DNA of 64,000 nucleotides from Octopus vulgaris. Its lineage: Eukaryota. The position numbers and the translations under genes are program-made. Position 1 is the first letter of the stretch. Each line of letters begins with the position of its first letter. The stretch lies in the NCBI GenBank assembly GCA_951406725.2, contig OX597818.1, forward strand, positions 108,252,001-108,316,000, in the 5' to 3' direction. This document shows, piece by piece, positions 23,931 to 37,559 of the stretch. The notes under the pieces were generated by a model, which ran no database searches, had not been told where the DNA came from, and saw only the letters and a list, made by a program, of their open reading frames with translations.

Positions 23931-26425
23931 ATTGAATAGCTATAGTTTTTGGTTTGGCATTACTTAACCCATCAAAGTGATTCTTGGCAATGTGTTGAAA
24001 CAGATGTTTACATAGATTTGTTTTCTGGAAATGCTGCTGCTCATTGTTGCAGACCTTTGTCCACAATAAAAAGAAAGGAAAATGTTAAAGAAGAAATCAG
24101 CTCTTTTAAACTATAAATTAATGGCATTAAAATTTGAATTCTTACTAAAGTTGCTGAAAGTACAGAACTCAGAGGGATTACACCCTTTGGTTTTCCACCA
24201 AAGCCTTACTCCTGATTCCAGCCTGGGACCCATTACTCTCTGAAGCTCTTTCAAAGAATATTCATTATTAAGTATTTCTAATCTTGCATCTTGGGTGTTT
24301 GTTGGTTTGGTTTGCGGGTGGGGGGGGTGACTGTTTGAGTTGATGAATGGAAAGATGTTTTTGGGCTGCGTTTAGAAGTAAACAACACTAACAGACATTT
24401 AAAAGATCTTATAATTGCACATAGAGAGACAGTGTATCAGTCTTTTACAGTTAACAACAGCAATAATTCCATCCTGCGAGAGAAGGAAAAACCATTCCAC
24501 ATTCAAAGAAGTTACTTAAAAGACACTGAGTGAATGTTTAGTTGGGTTTGTTCAAGAACCTGGAGATGTCTGCACAAATATCTGGAACTGTCTGAAGTGG
24601 CAAGTACGGAGGCATACATCGTTCAGCTGCCTAAAATTTGGCCATTAATTTCAGGAAAAAGCAGTTCTTATATAGGACACAAAAAGAAGACTCCAGAAGA
24701 TTGGAATCATGCAATGACTTGACACTGATTGATCATTTAATAAACTGATCACTTGAAACTATTGTGGTTTGGTCATGATGTCTGACTGCATATCCAGGGA
24801 TTCAGTTTCAAATCCCCGTTACAATCTCAAATTACATGGTTCTTTAATTTCTATGACTCAGCTAAGCAACAGCCATAATATTAAGACCATTATTACTCAA
24901 AGAGCAACAATATTTTGAAAGTATATAATTTTCTGTAATAAGATTTAATGAAAAGCAAAACTTTAAGCAAGTTTGAACAAAAATATCTCATTATGTGTTG
25001 TTTGCATCAGAATTTCTTTTCGGTTGCCAAATCAGTCAAATTTGTCTGCCATTAAAATACCCAAGAGAAAATACCAATATATATTAAATAAGAAACAAAA
25101 TATCCAAAACCAGCAACATGAATCATTGCCTTGCCTATTTTTTCTGGTTTTTTTTTGTTTTGTTTTTTCCCTCAAATGATATTCTTTTTGTAATTCTGAT
25201 TCAAATTGTAGCGCCAGATATCGGTAACTATGGCTTGTTTAACGTCTTTGATACTTCAATTTAATTTCGGAGTTATAAGCAAAGAATACTTAATAGATAC
25301 GTAATCTGAATTAAAAATTTTAATGTTGTGAAACTAAAAAGAATATATTTGGTTTATTTACTTAGAAGTAATTTGCTGAGACAAAATCTCCAGTCAGCAG
25401 AACAACTGCATAATTACGACCAAAGTGGTTTTTATAGTTAGACAGCCTATTGTTATTAGGTTCTGATTAGAAAGACAAACGGCACCTGCATAGTTGATCA
25501 AAGTGACTAGATGTGATTCACAGACCACTTCAGTGTCTGACAGGTTTTTATGATCTTCTCTTTTCTCAATGTGTTTAAATGCAAGTCCAGATTCATACAC
25601 ACAGAATAAAGTCATATACCTTCATTTATTTTGATGATGTTTAATTTTCTAAAGTTAATAGCTGTTATTATATTCACTAAGTTATGTCTTGTGGAATATG
25701 CAAACTTTATGGTATGTCTATCAAATGTCTAATGCAATCTGCTAAACTCTACTTGTAAAATGAATATGATTGTCATATTTGCAGTGGTAATCATTTGCAA
25801 TATTCTGCAAAAGCATGTCTTGCAAAGAGGAAATATTATCTTACTTGGAATCAGGTGAGGGTCAGCAATACAAAGCGCTTCTGGCCATAGGAAGTCTGCC
25901 TCAATAAACTCCATCTAATTCATGCAAGCATGGAATATAATGGTGGTGGTGGTGGTGGTGGTGGTGGTGGTGATGATGAAGATGCTGATGACGATGATGA
26001 TGATGATGATGATGATGACAATGATGACGATGATGATGATGATGATAATGATGGCGGTGATGATGGCGGTGGTGGTAGAGATGGCATTGATGGTGATACG
26101 ACCACGATCATCATCATCATCATCATCTTCATGTCAATATCAACTCTTTCCTCCTTGCATGTATCTGATAAGACATCGTGAAGACAAATTTTTCTGTAAT
26201 CTGATGCTCTTCCTATCACTAACCCTCGCCAATTTCCAAGCGATTTTACCCTTTGTCTATCAAACAATTAACAGACCAGACATACTTAAATGGACGATTG
26301 TAAGCAAATGACATCTGTTGTATGAATGGTGGCTCTTTGTATACATGTCATGACATAGGGATTACACACTCACTCACAGACACACACATACATATGCTTA
26401 CATGCATGTGTATGTGTGTGTGTGT

Positions 26426-26514
<89 letters not shown>

Positions 26515-26517
<3 letters not shown>

Positions 26518-26766
26518 CTGTAATATGATATGTAACAATTATTCGATTGCCATAATAAAACTCTGAGTTTCGAATGTCGGGGTGGAAATCTTCTCCAGCA
26601 TCTCATCAGTTATTACAACAAACAAGAATGCTATGAAAATGTCGTGATAGCATTTTTGTTTGTCTTAATAACTGACGATATGCCAGAGCAGATTTCTACC
26701 TCAACATCTGAAATTCGGAGTTTTATTAAGGCAACTGAATAATTGTCACATATTATATTACAGATA
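26515..26766. mobile_element. Head-to-head palindrome of Penelope-type termini, each arm with a hammerhead motif
   Basis: 26515-26635 is the reverse complement of 26646-26766. Confidence 0.8.
26553..26615 (-). ncRNA. Type I hammerhead, intact core; sister copy at 26664-26730 (+)
   Basis: UAAUAA-CUGAUGA-GAUG..CAUUC-GAAA-CUC-A-GAG-UU/UUAUUA; the + copy has 8-bp stem I CUUAAUAA/UUAUUAAG and CUGACGA. Confidence 0.75.
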
Positions 26767-26830
26767 AATTCCTCTATTTACTTAATATCAAGGTCTCTTT
26801 CATTCTTTTATTGTCTTACCATTACTATTA

Positions 26831-26922
<92 letters not shown>

Positions 26923-27449
26923 TGTACTTTTGTATATAGAAATGCATGTATAGATGGAGATATATACATGCATCTGAAATGTAGTTACTATTTTAAAAGC
27001 AAATTCAAGAATCATCATCATCATCATTGTTTAACGTCCGTTTTCCATGCTGGAATGGGTTGGACAGTTCGACTGGGGTCTGGGAAGCCAGGAGGCTTAA
27101 CCAGGCCCCAGTCTAATCTGGCAGTGTTTCTACAGCTGGATGCTCTTCCTACCACCAACAACAGAAATTTAGCAATGGAGTGACTCAATCATAAGAGTGG
27201 AATGAGATTTATTATGGAAATCAAGTTGATTGGGACTTCACTTTTTCCCATTTGCAAAACTTATATCTATGTTTAGCAATGCATAGGAATTCAGCCACAG
27301 AATTCTTAGAATATCTGTGAAATAAAATCATGTCGTCAATACTAAATACATAGTATTAGGTTTATATAAAGAGAAACTTCTGGACAAGAATAACAGTAAG
27401 TTCAGAGGAGAGAGTGGAGAGACAATGTAATATTAAGTAAAGATAGGAA

Positions 27450-27670
27450 CTTGTGGTCGTGTGTAAGTCGCATAGTGTTTTATCCATTGCGATGTAGAAC
27501 CTTCTGTTTGTTTATGAGTATCATGTCCAGGCAGATGACAAGGAAGGCACCGATAGCAACAGAATGTTTTTATCTACCTCAAACATCTTGTTTATTTAAA
27601 TATAACATTATCTCGTCTACAAAGTTCCGATATTTTTATTGGTAGAATATTTCAGAAATCCTCTTCCTGA
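27450..27670. repeat. Unclassified ~220-bp dispersed repeat; second copy at 30215-30445
   Basis: Near-identical ttatccattgcgatgtagaacc..gtctacaaagttccgatatttttatt..gaatatttcagaaat. Confidence 0.85.
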
Positions 27671-28209
27671 TTAAAATCCCATTCTGGAGCTTTGCATCTA
27701 GAGAACAGTAAAAAGATTTTCCGGAGACATAAGATGGTAAGAAAGTTAAAGGGAGATGGGGTGGATAGGGAGGGAGAGAGAGAGAGAGAGGTGGGAGAGA
27801 GTGGAACAGTGGACGGTGGAGGGGGTAGCAATGCTGTATCCACCATCTTGTAGTATCAAGCTGTCTTTTTTATCACAGTTTTTGATCATGACAACGAAAG
27901 CTCCAGAAAATTGCATCATAATAACCAATGCAACATTCTGATTGCAGTAAATATGAATGTTGCAGCAGGCATAACGCTACGATGCAGTGATAAGTTCGAT
28001 GCAAACTGCAGTTCCTGCACCATTATTCCGTTCAAAGCTGCAGCAAATGCGCTTTTTGTCGTTAATATTCTGAGGGAAGGAATGAATGCCTTCACTTCAT
28101 ATTATGCTTTAGTTAATACTTGCAAACTTTATGATTTAGTGATCAGGATCATTATGACTATTGAGTCAATTAGAATTATAATTAATGAGATTAACATTAT
28201 AACAATCAG

Positions 28210-28591
28210 AATCATCACCGCTATCCATCACTACCATCATCAGCATCATCATCATTTCATCATCATCAGCTTCGTTGTTGTCATCATTGTCATCGTCATC
28301 AGCATCATCAGCATCAACACCATCATTATCATCATCGCTCAAACCCCTTTCAACATTACCATTAGTATCATCATCATCATCATCATCATCATCATAATCA
28401 GTCTTATTACCATCTCTATAATAATCATCTTCACCATTGGTTCCATTGTTGCTGTGGTTACTGGTGTAGGCATTCTTGTTATCACCATCCTTGTGATCAC
28501 CATTCTTATCTCATCATCATCATCATCAGCAGCAGCAGCAGTAGCAACAATATTACCATCATTACCATCACCATCACTATCATCATCATTG

Positions 28592-28630
<39 letters not shown>

Positions 28631-28820
28631 CCACCACCATCACCATCACCATCATCATCATCGTATTCATAATCATAATCATCATCATCGTCATCGTCAT
28701 CATCATCATCATCATCATCATCATCACCACCATCACCATCACCATCATCATCATCGTATTCATAATCATAATCATCATCATCGTCATCGCCATCATCATC
28801 ATCATCATCATCATCGCCGT
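28210..28820. repeat. (CAT)n low-complexity block with an internal ~90-bp duplication
   Basis: cgtattcataatcataatcatc occurs twice. Confidence 0.9.
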
Positions 28821-29282
28821 AGTCCCCGTTGTCATTTGCATCCTTCTAGTCATGGATGTTGTCATTATGATAAACCATCATTAATATTCCATCCATAGAA
28901 GATGACTAGAGATAACCAATGCTAGTAAAGCTGTTCAGTATTTAATATCATCCAGCTTTGACAATGCCAGAATGGAGATTTGTAAAACTTCTTCAGCAGA
29001 AGAATTATTGTATTTTCTCACTGTTATTTCATCTCTTCAACAAGTTCTGTTAATATTATTATTATTATCAAGATGGAAAGCTAGCAGATCCTTAATGGCA
29101 CCAGGCAAAATGCTTTCTGGCATTTCATCTGTCTTTACATTCTGTGTTCAAATTCCACCAAGTTTCACTTTGCCTTTCATTCTTTTGAGCTTGATGAAAT
29201 AAGTACCAGATGAATATTGGGGTCAATGTAATTGACTAACTCCTTCCCAGCAGTTGCTGGCTTTGTGCTAAAATTTGAAACC

Positions 29283-29309
29283 ATTATTATTATTATTATT
29301 ATTATTATT

Positions 29310-29380
<71 letters not shown>

Positions 29381-29399
29381 TATGATTATGATTATTATA

Positions 29400-29431
<32 letters not shown>

Positions 29432-29432
29432 G

Positions 29433-29494
<62 letters not shown>

Positions 29495-29502
29495 CATAAT
29501 TA
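29283..29502. repeat. (ATT)n/(ATC)n microsatellite
   Basis: Directly visible. Confidence 0.95.
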
Positions 29503-30549
29503 TGGCATTGGACAAATTGTCATGCAGTATTTGTTCCTGTTTTTTCTATGCTGAGTTCAAATGCTGCTAAGTTCAACAGTTCAACTTTGCCTTTTGTCTT
29601 TCTGGGGACAATAAATTAAAATACCAGTCAAGTACTGAGATCAATTTAACCAACTGACCCCAATCTCCAAATTTATGATTTTGTGCCCATTTTAGAAATG
29701 AGACTTCTTATTAATTAGTGCAGGGAAGAATGAAAGGAGGGCAATACCACGATTTGTTGCTTGCCCCACCCTGATCGGATTATGTGCTCATTTAGTTATG
29801 TTCAGTTTAATATTCTGTCGGATGGTACCTGCAGGAGAAAAACAGATGGTGGGGGGAGGCTGTTGAGGGAAACAGTTCTGAGGAGAAAGAATCGGCAGGT
29901 GTGCAGATATGCGATTCAGGAGAAAAAATGACAGGTAGGAAAATGACAAGCAAAGAAGACATGCACATCAGATGGGCAGCATGGGAATAAGTGGTGGTTA
30001 CGATTTAAAGATTGGATTTGGAGGCAGGAAAGAGTTCAAGAGTAACTGCAGAATCAATGTGTTGGTCAGGGATAAGCGTAGGATGAGATAGGATGAGAGG
30101 ATGAGAGACAGATCTGGCATCGATCACATTCGGATGGTGCTTTTTACATGCCACCAGCATGGGAGCCAGTCATTTGAATAAAGTTTGAAAATAATTCAGA
30201 ATTTAGAAAAATACAATTGTCGTTATTGGGTTAAGTCACTCAGTTTTTTATCCATTGCGATGTAGAACCTTCCGTTTGTTTATGGGGATCATGTCCAGGC
30301 AGATGACAAGGAAAGCACCGATAGCAACAGAATGCTTTTATCTACCTCAAACATCTTAACATCTTGTTTATTTAAATCTAACATCATCTCGTCTACAAAG
30401 TTCCGATATTTTTATTCATAGAATATTTCAGAAATACACTTCTTGAGAGCTGGTGTTTGGAGTATAAATGAAGACGAAATTTTGATGGAACATTTTAACT
30501 GAAGTCACCTTAAGACAGGGCATTTGTATCACAGGACCAAAGACTGGAT

Positions 30550-30855
30550 TGTGCTTTTTATGTGCCACTGACACAGGAACCAGTGGCACATAAAAAGCAC
30601 AATCCAAACATGGCCGATGCCAGTACCCACTCACTGGCTCACATGATCAATGTCAGGCCCACCTGATTGCTGTACCGGTGGCATGTAAAAAGCACCCACT
30701 ACACTCATGGAGTGGTTAGCATTAGGAAGGGCATCCAGCTGTAGAAACATCGCCAGATCAGATTGGAGCCTGGTGCAGCCGATGGCTCTCCAGTCCTCAG
30801 TCAGACCGTCCAACCCATGCCAGCATGGAAAACTGACGCTAAACAATGATGGCAA
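30550..30855 (+). mobile_element. RTE-family 3' end
   Basis: Same tail sequence; other copies at about 27011-27160, 31722-31950, 34595-34955, 39817-40030, 46640-46885, 50595-50810, 61174-61232. Confidence 0.85.
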
Positions 30856-31721
30856 TGAAAAACAGTGCATTTCAATAGTAATTTGGTGACAAAAGAGTTT
30901 TGACTTATTCCCTGAATGAGTGATGAAAAGAAGACATATAATTGGTGATGATTGTTGGACTTAAGGAGTGCAACAGGGTTGACATTTGAATTGAGGGGTT
31001 TGAAGAAATTTGAACCCAAATAACTGGATATTATATCTATGTTACCCAGGAAAATGGTGGGCGGGGGGAGACTGGATTCTTTGGAAACATCAGCATAGAT
31101 CATATTTAATTAGAAATAATATTGATTTCATATTTTGGCACAAGGCCAGCAATTTCAAGGGACGGGGTAAGTTGATTAAATCAACCAAACTGTTCAAATG
31201 ATTCTTATTTTATTGACTCTGAAAGGATGAAAGGTAAAGTAGACTTCAGTGGAATTTGAACTCAGGACCTTAGGATAGACAAAATACCACAAAACATTTC
31301 ACCTGATAGGTTAATGATTCAACCAGCTCATTGCTTTAAATAAAAAATAATATTAATAATTAACCAATTCTTGTCTTTCTCCTTTACATATTTATTTCTA
31401 ATGTTCTTTACATTAACAATGTTAACAGTAATTTAACATTTGGTTTTTAAGCAGATGGCAGCTCTAAATTATTTATTCTTGAAACAATTCCATATTCCTC
31501 TGCCACCCAGGATTTCCTGTTATCTAATATTGCTCTTATTGAATACTGAATTGTTTTTTTCTTTATTGCACAATTATTTCGTATTAACTTATGGAACGTT
31601 CGGTGAATTAAATACATTAATACTAATTTCACTACAGTTTTTTCATATCTGGTATATTCTGGATTAGAGATGAAGAGAAATAAAGGAGAAGCCAGGAAAG
31701 TAAAACGATGCAAAATAAGAG

Positions 31722-31753
<32 letters not shown>

Positions 31754-32527
31754 TTAACGTCTGTTTTCCATGCTGGCATGAGTTGGATGGTTTGAGAAGA
31801 GATGGTAAGACCAGGAATTGAAGCAGGTTCCATTGCCTGTTTTGGTATGGTTTCTATGGCTGGATGCCCTTATAAAGCCAACCACTTTACAAAGTCTTCT
31901 GAATGCTTTTTACACAGAACCTGCACCAATGTTTTGTATGTGGTACCAGCACCTCAACTGGGAAGGGTGAGTATTATTTAATGCCTTTGGGGAGAAGCTC
32001 TGTGCCAGCTGAGAGATTTAAATTGTAAAAGGGACAGCTGTAGGTGTCTTACTGCAAAGTAGATACATGGCTACTTCAGATGGAAATCAAGGAAGAGGGC
32101 ATTGAGGGGCAGATATTTTTACCAAAGCAGTTTAGGGGGAGAGGAAATAGAATTTGTTGAGAAAAAGTGTGCAAGACAAAGTGAGAGTAAGAAGCAGAAA
32201 GAGTGCAATGGGATACATCTATGGGTGGCGGAAGTTTATGGAAGCAAAATTTGATAGGCAAGCAAACAGATAAGATAGAAAGCTACCAGCAAAAACAAAA
32301 GAGAGAAATGTTTTGAACATCTCAAATGAAAATATGAAGACAGAAGATGAGCAAATGGAAGCTTGCATGGAGTGTGGCTACTGGCTGAGGTAGTTATGTT
32401 TACATATTGGAATCTGCAACAGAAATGACAAAAATATGTTTGTTATAACAGAAACACTTAAACTGCTAACAGCTGCAAAACATATCAAATGTGACAACAA
32501 ATGCAGAGGCAAGAACAACATCTATAA

Positions 32528-32535
32528 GGATGATG

Positions 32536-32611
<76 letters not shown>

Positions 32612-32628
32612 TGATGATGATAATGATG

Positions 32629-32681
<53 letters not shown>

Positions 32682-32703
32682 GATAATGATAATAATAATA
32701 ATG

Positions 32704-32752
<49 letters not shown>

Positions 32753-32780
32753 TGATAATAATAATAATAATAATAATAAT
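32528..32780. repeat. (AAT)n/(GAT)n microsatellite
   Basis: Directly visible. Confidence 0.95.
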
Positions 32781-33297
32781 ACCAAAAATAACATCTCTAA
32801 TGATAATGGCAGTAAACACTATAAAAATATTTGTCATAACAACATCTGCACAGACAGTACGCAGAGAAGCGGCAATAACAATAGAAGCAATGTTGGCAGA
32901 ATTGGGAAGAGATAAAATGTATGAAATATGGCAAAAAAATTGCATGGCGACACAATGAACATGTAAAGCGACATCGTCAGAAATTGTTCTTTCAACTGAT
33001 TTTGGTAAAGACTCGTTCAGCAACATATTACAACCACCAACTCACAGAGATGTTGTTTTATCCTTCCTACTGGTACAACATCAGATTCTACCCTTCCCCA
33101 TCAATTACCTATATGCACCCTGTCATTCCCCTATATACACCCAGTCACTCACAGTTACTATACACACTTGTCGGTTCTCTTGTTACCATTTCTACCGGGG
33201 TTTCTCCACCCAAAAATATTTCTTCCAACCTTTCAGTAACAATTTCAAATTTCTTGCCCATCTTTTTTCTTTTCTTTTTTCTTCTGTATTTATCGAT

Positions 33298-33645
33298 CTT
33301 TTATCTTTTATCGTTTGTCTCTTGTTTCAGTCATTAGACTGTGGCCAAGCTGGAGCACCGCCTTGAAAAATTTTAATCAAATGAATCAGTCTCAGTACTC
33401 ACGTTTTTGAAGCTAGTACTTAGTCTATTGGTCTCTTTTAATGAACTGCTAAGTTACTGGGATGTAAAAGCTCCAACACCAGTTGTCAATGGGGGGGAGG
33501 GCAAATGCAGGCATACACACACACACACGCACGCACACACACATACATATATGTATAAATATATATATATATACACTATAGGCTTCTTTCAGTTTCCATC
33601 TATCAAATCCATTCACAAGGTTTTGGTTAACCTAGTGCTATAGCT
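33298..33645 (-). mobile_element. SINE family 1 (5'-truncated)
   Basis: Reverse complement of 43380-43700 with internal (CA)n/(TA)n. Confidence 0.8.
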
Positions 33646-33704
33646 CAAAGGCCATGCAACATTCGTCCTATACCAGGACTGCCATGTTATGTGAAATCAT
33701 TGCT

Positions 33705-33756
<52 letters not shown>

Positions 33757-33794
33757 CATAGAGCTTAAACTCATTGGCACTGAAATGTATAGAC

Positions 33795-34140
33795 ATTTCT
33801 TTCTTTAGGTGCCATGCCCAGAATGTAGGACATTGGTGATCATATCCTACCACAATTCTTTGTTCCCTGTTTGCTGTAACAGTTCCACTTGTTGATGTTC
33901 AATGTCTCTCTTCTTCCAACCAATTCCTCAGACTTGACATCTGCATCATCCTTCTCCTTTCTCTGCTTCTTTTCCTTTCAATATTTCCAGTCATCACCAA
34001 ATTCTCCAGGCCCACATTCTTCATCACAACAGGATGGAGAAATCTCAGTTGCTTGGCTCTTGTCTCATGAAGCAGTTTCCTATTTACCACAGCACAGGTC
34101 ATCATTATGCACGTTGTCCATGTTATCCTCAAGGTTCTCC
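33795..34140 (-). pseudogene. RTE (BovB-like) RT C-terminal remnant
   Basis: LRITW..QLRFL..GLENLVMTGNIERKRSRERRR..SLRNW. Confidence 0.7.
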
Positions 34141-37050
34141 TTAAGAACCAGATAAGTAGAAAGCTTTATTAAGAAAGCAGATGTGAGATAACATGTTAGG
34201 GTAGAATAAGAAATTAGAGAATATTTCTTAGTTCCTTATCATTTAGTCCAAGATACATTACCGAACGTAGGTGCTTGAATAGTTGTCTCCCTTGCTTTGT
34301 GTCTATTCGACTTTATGAAATGAAATAAACAATACGAAGAGAATTTGCTGCTTTGGTCACACCCAAAAGATGCAAATCCATCCCAGATGTTGTTCTCATA
34401 ACGTATCTGAATAAGAACTTTAAGTTGGTTGTTCAGAGTGGAATTATTCATTTATGATTGTTCAAAGGTGTTATGCAGCAAGAGACAATGATTGTAAACA
34501 GAATAATTCCTAATGGAAGAATATACAAAAAGAGAAAGGATAAAATATAGTTATGCTGGTGCAAGTCTACGGATATTCTGTGGAAGAGACGTTTTTTAAC
34601 GTCCGCTTCCCATGCTGGCATGGGTTGGATGGTTTGACTGAGGACTGGCAAGCCAGGAGGCGTAATCCAGGCTCCAGTCTGATCTGGCAGTGTTTCTACA
34701 GCTGGATGCCCTTCCTAATGCCAACCACTCTGAGAGTGTAGTGGGTGCTTTTACGTGCCACCAGCATGGGAGCCATTCAGGTGGCTTTGACATCAACTCA
34801 CATTTCAATGGTGCTTATGTGCCATGAGCACGGGTGCCAGTCAGCTGGCACTGACATCAACCCACACATGAATGGTGCTTATTATGTTCCACCAGCACAG
34901 GTGCCAGTCAGGTGGCACTGACATCGGCCACAACCACCATCTCTGATATTTGTTATCTATAGTCCATAAACATGATGTTTAATATCAGAGTCAGAAGAGG
35001 AATATATCTGCTCCTGGATATCTCAAATGATATTTCTTCAAAACTTTGTATCTTCTGTCCACAGCGATAAACTAAAGCAAAAAGCTGTAATGAGATTTTA
35101 TATTATTAGTAATGCATTGTGAGAAAGTGTTTTCTACTATAAAATTCCAGTCCCGATGCTTTGCGACAGGAATTGAGCAAGCTTGAACCCCGTGGAAGAC
35201 TGCTTGGTTTGTGTTCATAAGGTATGTGTGATTATCTGAGCAATGTATTGAATAGTAAAGGATGTAAACATTGGCATGAGAACTGATAAACTAATGATTT
35301 CAAAGGAAGCACCTTGTAATGTTTTTTTCCATCCAAGTTATACAGACAATCCCTTGTCATTCTTGCCATCAACAATACAGTGAATGTTGGATTGGCCAAT
35401 GGAAAATCTCTAACCAGCTACATGCTAGTCTTCCAAAATATAAGAATAACTGGACATAGAAGTACAAAGAACATTCTAATGAGACAATGTGTTGCTTATA
35501 GCCGTGTGTCATACAATAACAACAGACTGAGCAAAACTCCTTTCCAGTGAGTAAGTTTTGGCATTGGGTAGCTTGGCAGAAGCTACAAGGAAAATGTTAG
35601 GAAAGCAGACAAGTTATAGTTTATAAATTAAACTCTTCTACCAATCAATTATCTGTATCAATGTCCCAATAAAATCAATGTCAGAGGGAAGCGCTCTTCC
35701 CCTGTCGGTCCCAGACTTTCATAATCTTTAATCCGTAACAACAAATCTATGACCTGAAAAACTGTTAATAATTTTCAAAAAGATTTTGTTGAATAAATTT
35801 TGTCAACTTCATTGTTTGTTTTTTTTTATTGTGTTTGTTACACTTTGAATTAGGTTATCCAGGATTTCCATGTCATCACATATAAGTGATTCCAACAACA
35901 TTTCCAAACTTCCAAATATAAGATCTACAAAGATGTCCAAAGTTTCTTCCATAGCAGTTGTCATTCTAATATAAACTTAGCCCAGAAACAACACAGGACT
36001 GTTTGAACTTCCCATAGAAACGAACAAATTGAATTTCCTTTCTATTCTTTGTTCAAAACATACTTGTTCCACCTTTTATTGTTGTGCAACTGTGAAGCCA
36101 TTCTGCAAAATATTTAACAAGTTTTTACAATTTTTAATTCCACCAGCACCAATTTTAGAAAGCCAATCACAAATCCTAACTCTTGTACAAGCAAAGTCTA
36201 AGCGAACTAAATTCTTGTTATATATAACCTTAACGACTTGCTGGATATTGTTGTCTCCATGGACATATTCACAGGTCAGCATTTCAATGACATCAACGTC
36301 CCTGTCTTCAGCATCAAAAGTTAGTTTTTCAAAGTGCTAACTTACTTAGAAAACATTTCTTTACGACTCTTTCTTTAGGAATTCTGCTGGAAACGATCCT
36401 TCCTTTGAAGTACTGAAAGCTATTTTCAATTTGTTGTTTGACAGAGAAGCTTTTAAACGGGAACAATTCATGGCAACAGCGTTTGTAGCTGACAAGTTTT
36501 TGTTTGTTTGTTTGTTTAAACTAATAAATGTTGTTGTTTTATTTCATTGCATGTAGAAATCTAGCAATGATGTCCAAAGCATGAATGGGCTGGTCCTCGA
36601 CCACCCACCCCTTCCACCTGATTTATGTACCTCATTTACTCCACCCTCATCAGCCACTAGCAGAATTCTGAAAATTCTACATAAGGGAGACATGAACATC
36701 ACAAGTGAAGACAGCCCATCCAGGAGAGTAGCAACTCCGGGTAAAAAGTAACATGAAGAGAGGAAACATGCTTGAGGCATGATAAAATGCAACCACTTCC
36801 AGGCTGTAAAATAGTTGGTGATAGGAAGAGCATCCAGCCAACAGAACAAATTGTGACATAAATACAATTAAATACAATCTAATTACATAAACAGGCTAAG
36901 CTATGGTCAGTGGTCAGGTAGTGGTCAGGTGGAAACATTTGGGTGGGCATAAAATCTTCCAAGCAGTCATCAAACCATTATCCATATTCTTCTTTTTGCA
37001 GATGTAGAAAGCAAATATCAATCCACAAACATGAACTCATCTCTTCCTTG

Positions 37051-37535
37051 TAGTAAAGACTGTTTGCCAACATAACATGGCAGTCCTGGTTTAGAACTAA
37101 GGTTGCTGTAATTTAGTCCCAGGAGACATCGTCTCCAGCTGGCTATACGACACAATCTGTGTCTTTATATTTTCGAACAAGGGAATCTAGCACCCCAAAT
37201 CAGCTCAAAGCAATATCTGTGAATTGCGATTTCCGTGTTATTTCCCTTCAATTATTCTGTGCTGATAAAGGAAAAAAAACCCAGAAATCACGATACACAG
37301 ATATTGTTTTGAGCTGAGTTGGGGTGCTAGATTGCCTTGTTCAAAAATATAAAGACACAGATTGTGTCGTATAGCCAGCTGGAGACGATGTCTCCTGGGG
37401 TTAAATTACAGCAACATTCATCCTAAACCAGGACTGCCATGTTATGTTGGCAAACAATCTTTACTCCAAAGTATTGTTGCTGAATATCTCTCGTTGTGAG
37501 ATTTAGAAATTGTAATTTTCTAACTCATCTCTTCC
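37051..37535. mobile_element. ~415-bp palindrome plus one-sided ~60-bp extension, with a hammerhead motif near the centre
   Basis: 37051-37250 is the reverse complement of about 37265-37466; the extension is shared with 23643-23705. Confidence 0.82.
37256..37301 (+). ncRNA. Minimal type I hammerhead motif (G8A in this copy)
   Basis: UCUGUG-CUGAUAA-AGG..CCA-GAAA-UCACGA-UA/CACAGA with 6-bp stem I; the opposite arm gives UGAAGGG and UCGCAA. Confidence 0.65.
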
Positions 37536-37559
37536 TGTTTGGTGCAAAGTATTAGACTT

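Noticed and set aside
27600-27670. Hammerhead-like arrangement on - in the 220-bp repeat
   Set aside because: Both copies read GGAA rather than GAAA and lack CUGANGA.
27840-28075. Cys-rich, Ly6-like exon on - (CC..CN plus hydrophobic stretch)
   Set aside because: In-frame TAG and no consistent donor or phase; unique sequence but unsupported.
35230-36520. Degraded LINE on - (HPLLFN motif) or ORF1-like sequence
   Set aside because: Too decayed to assign by eye.
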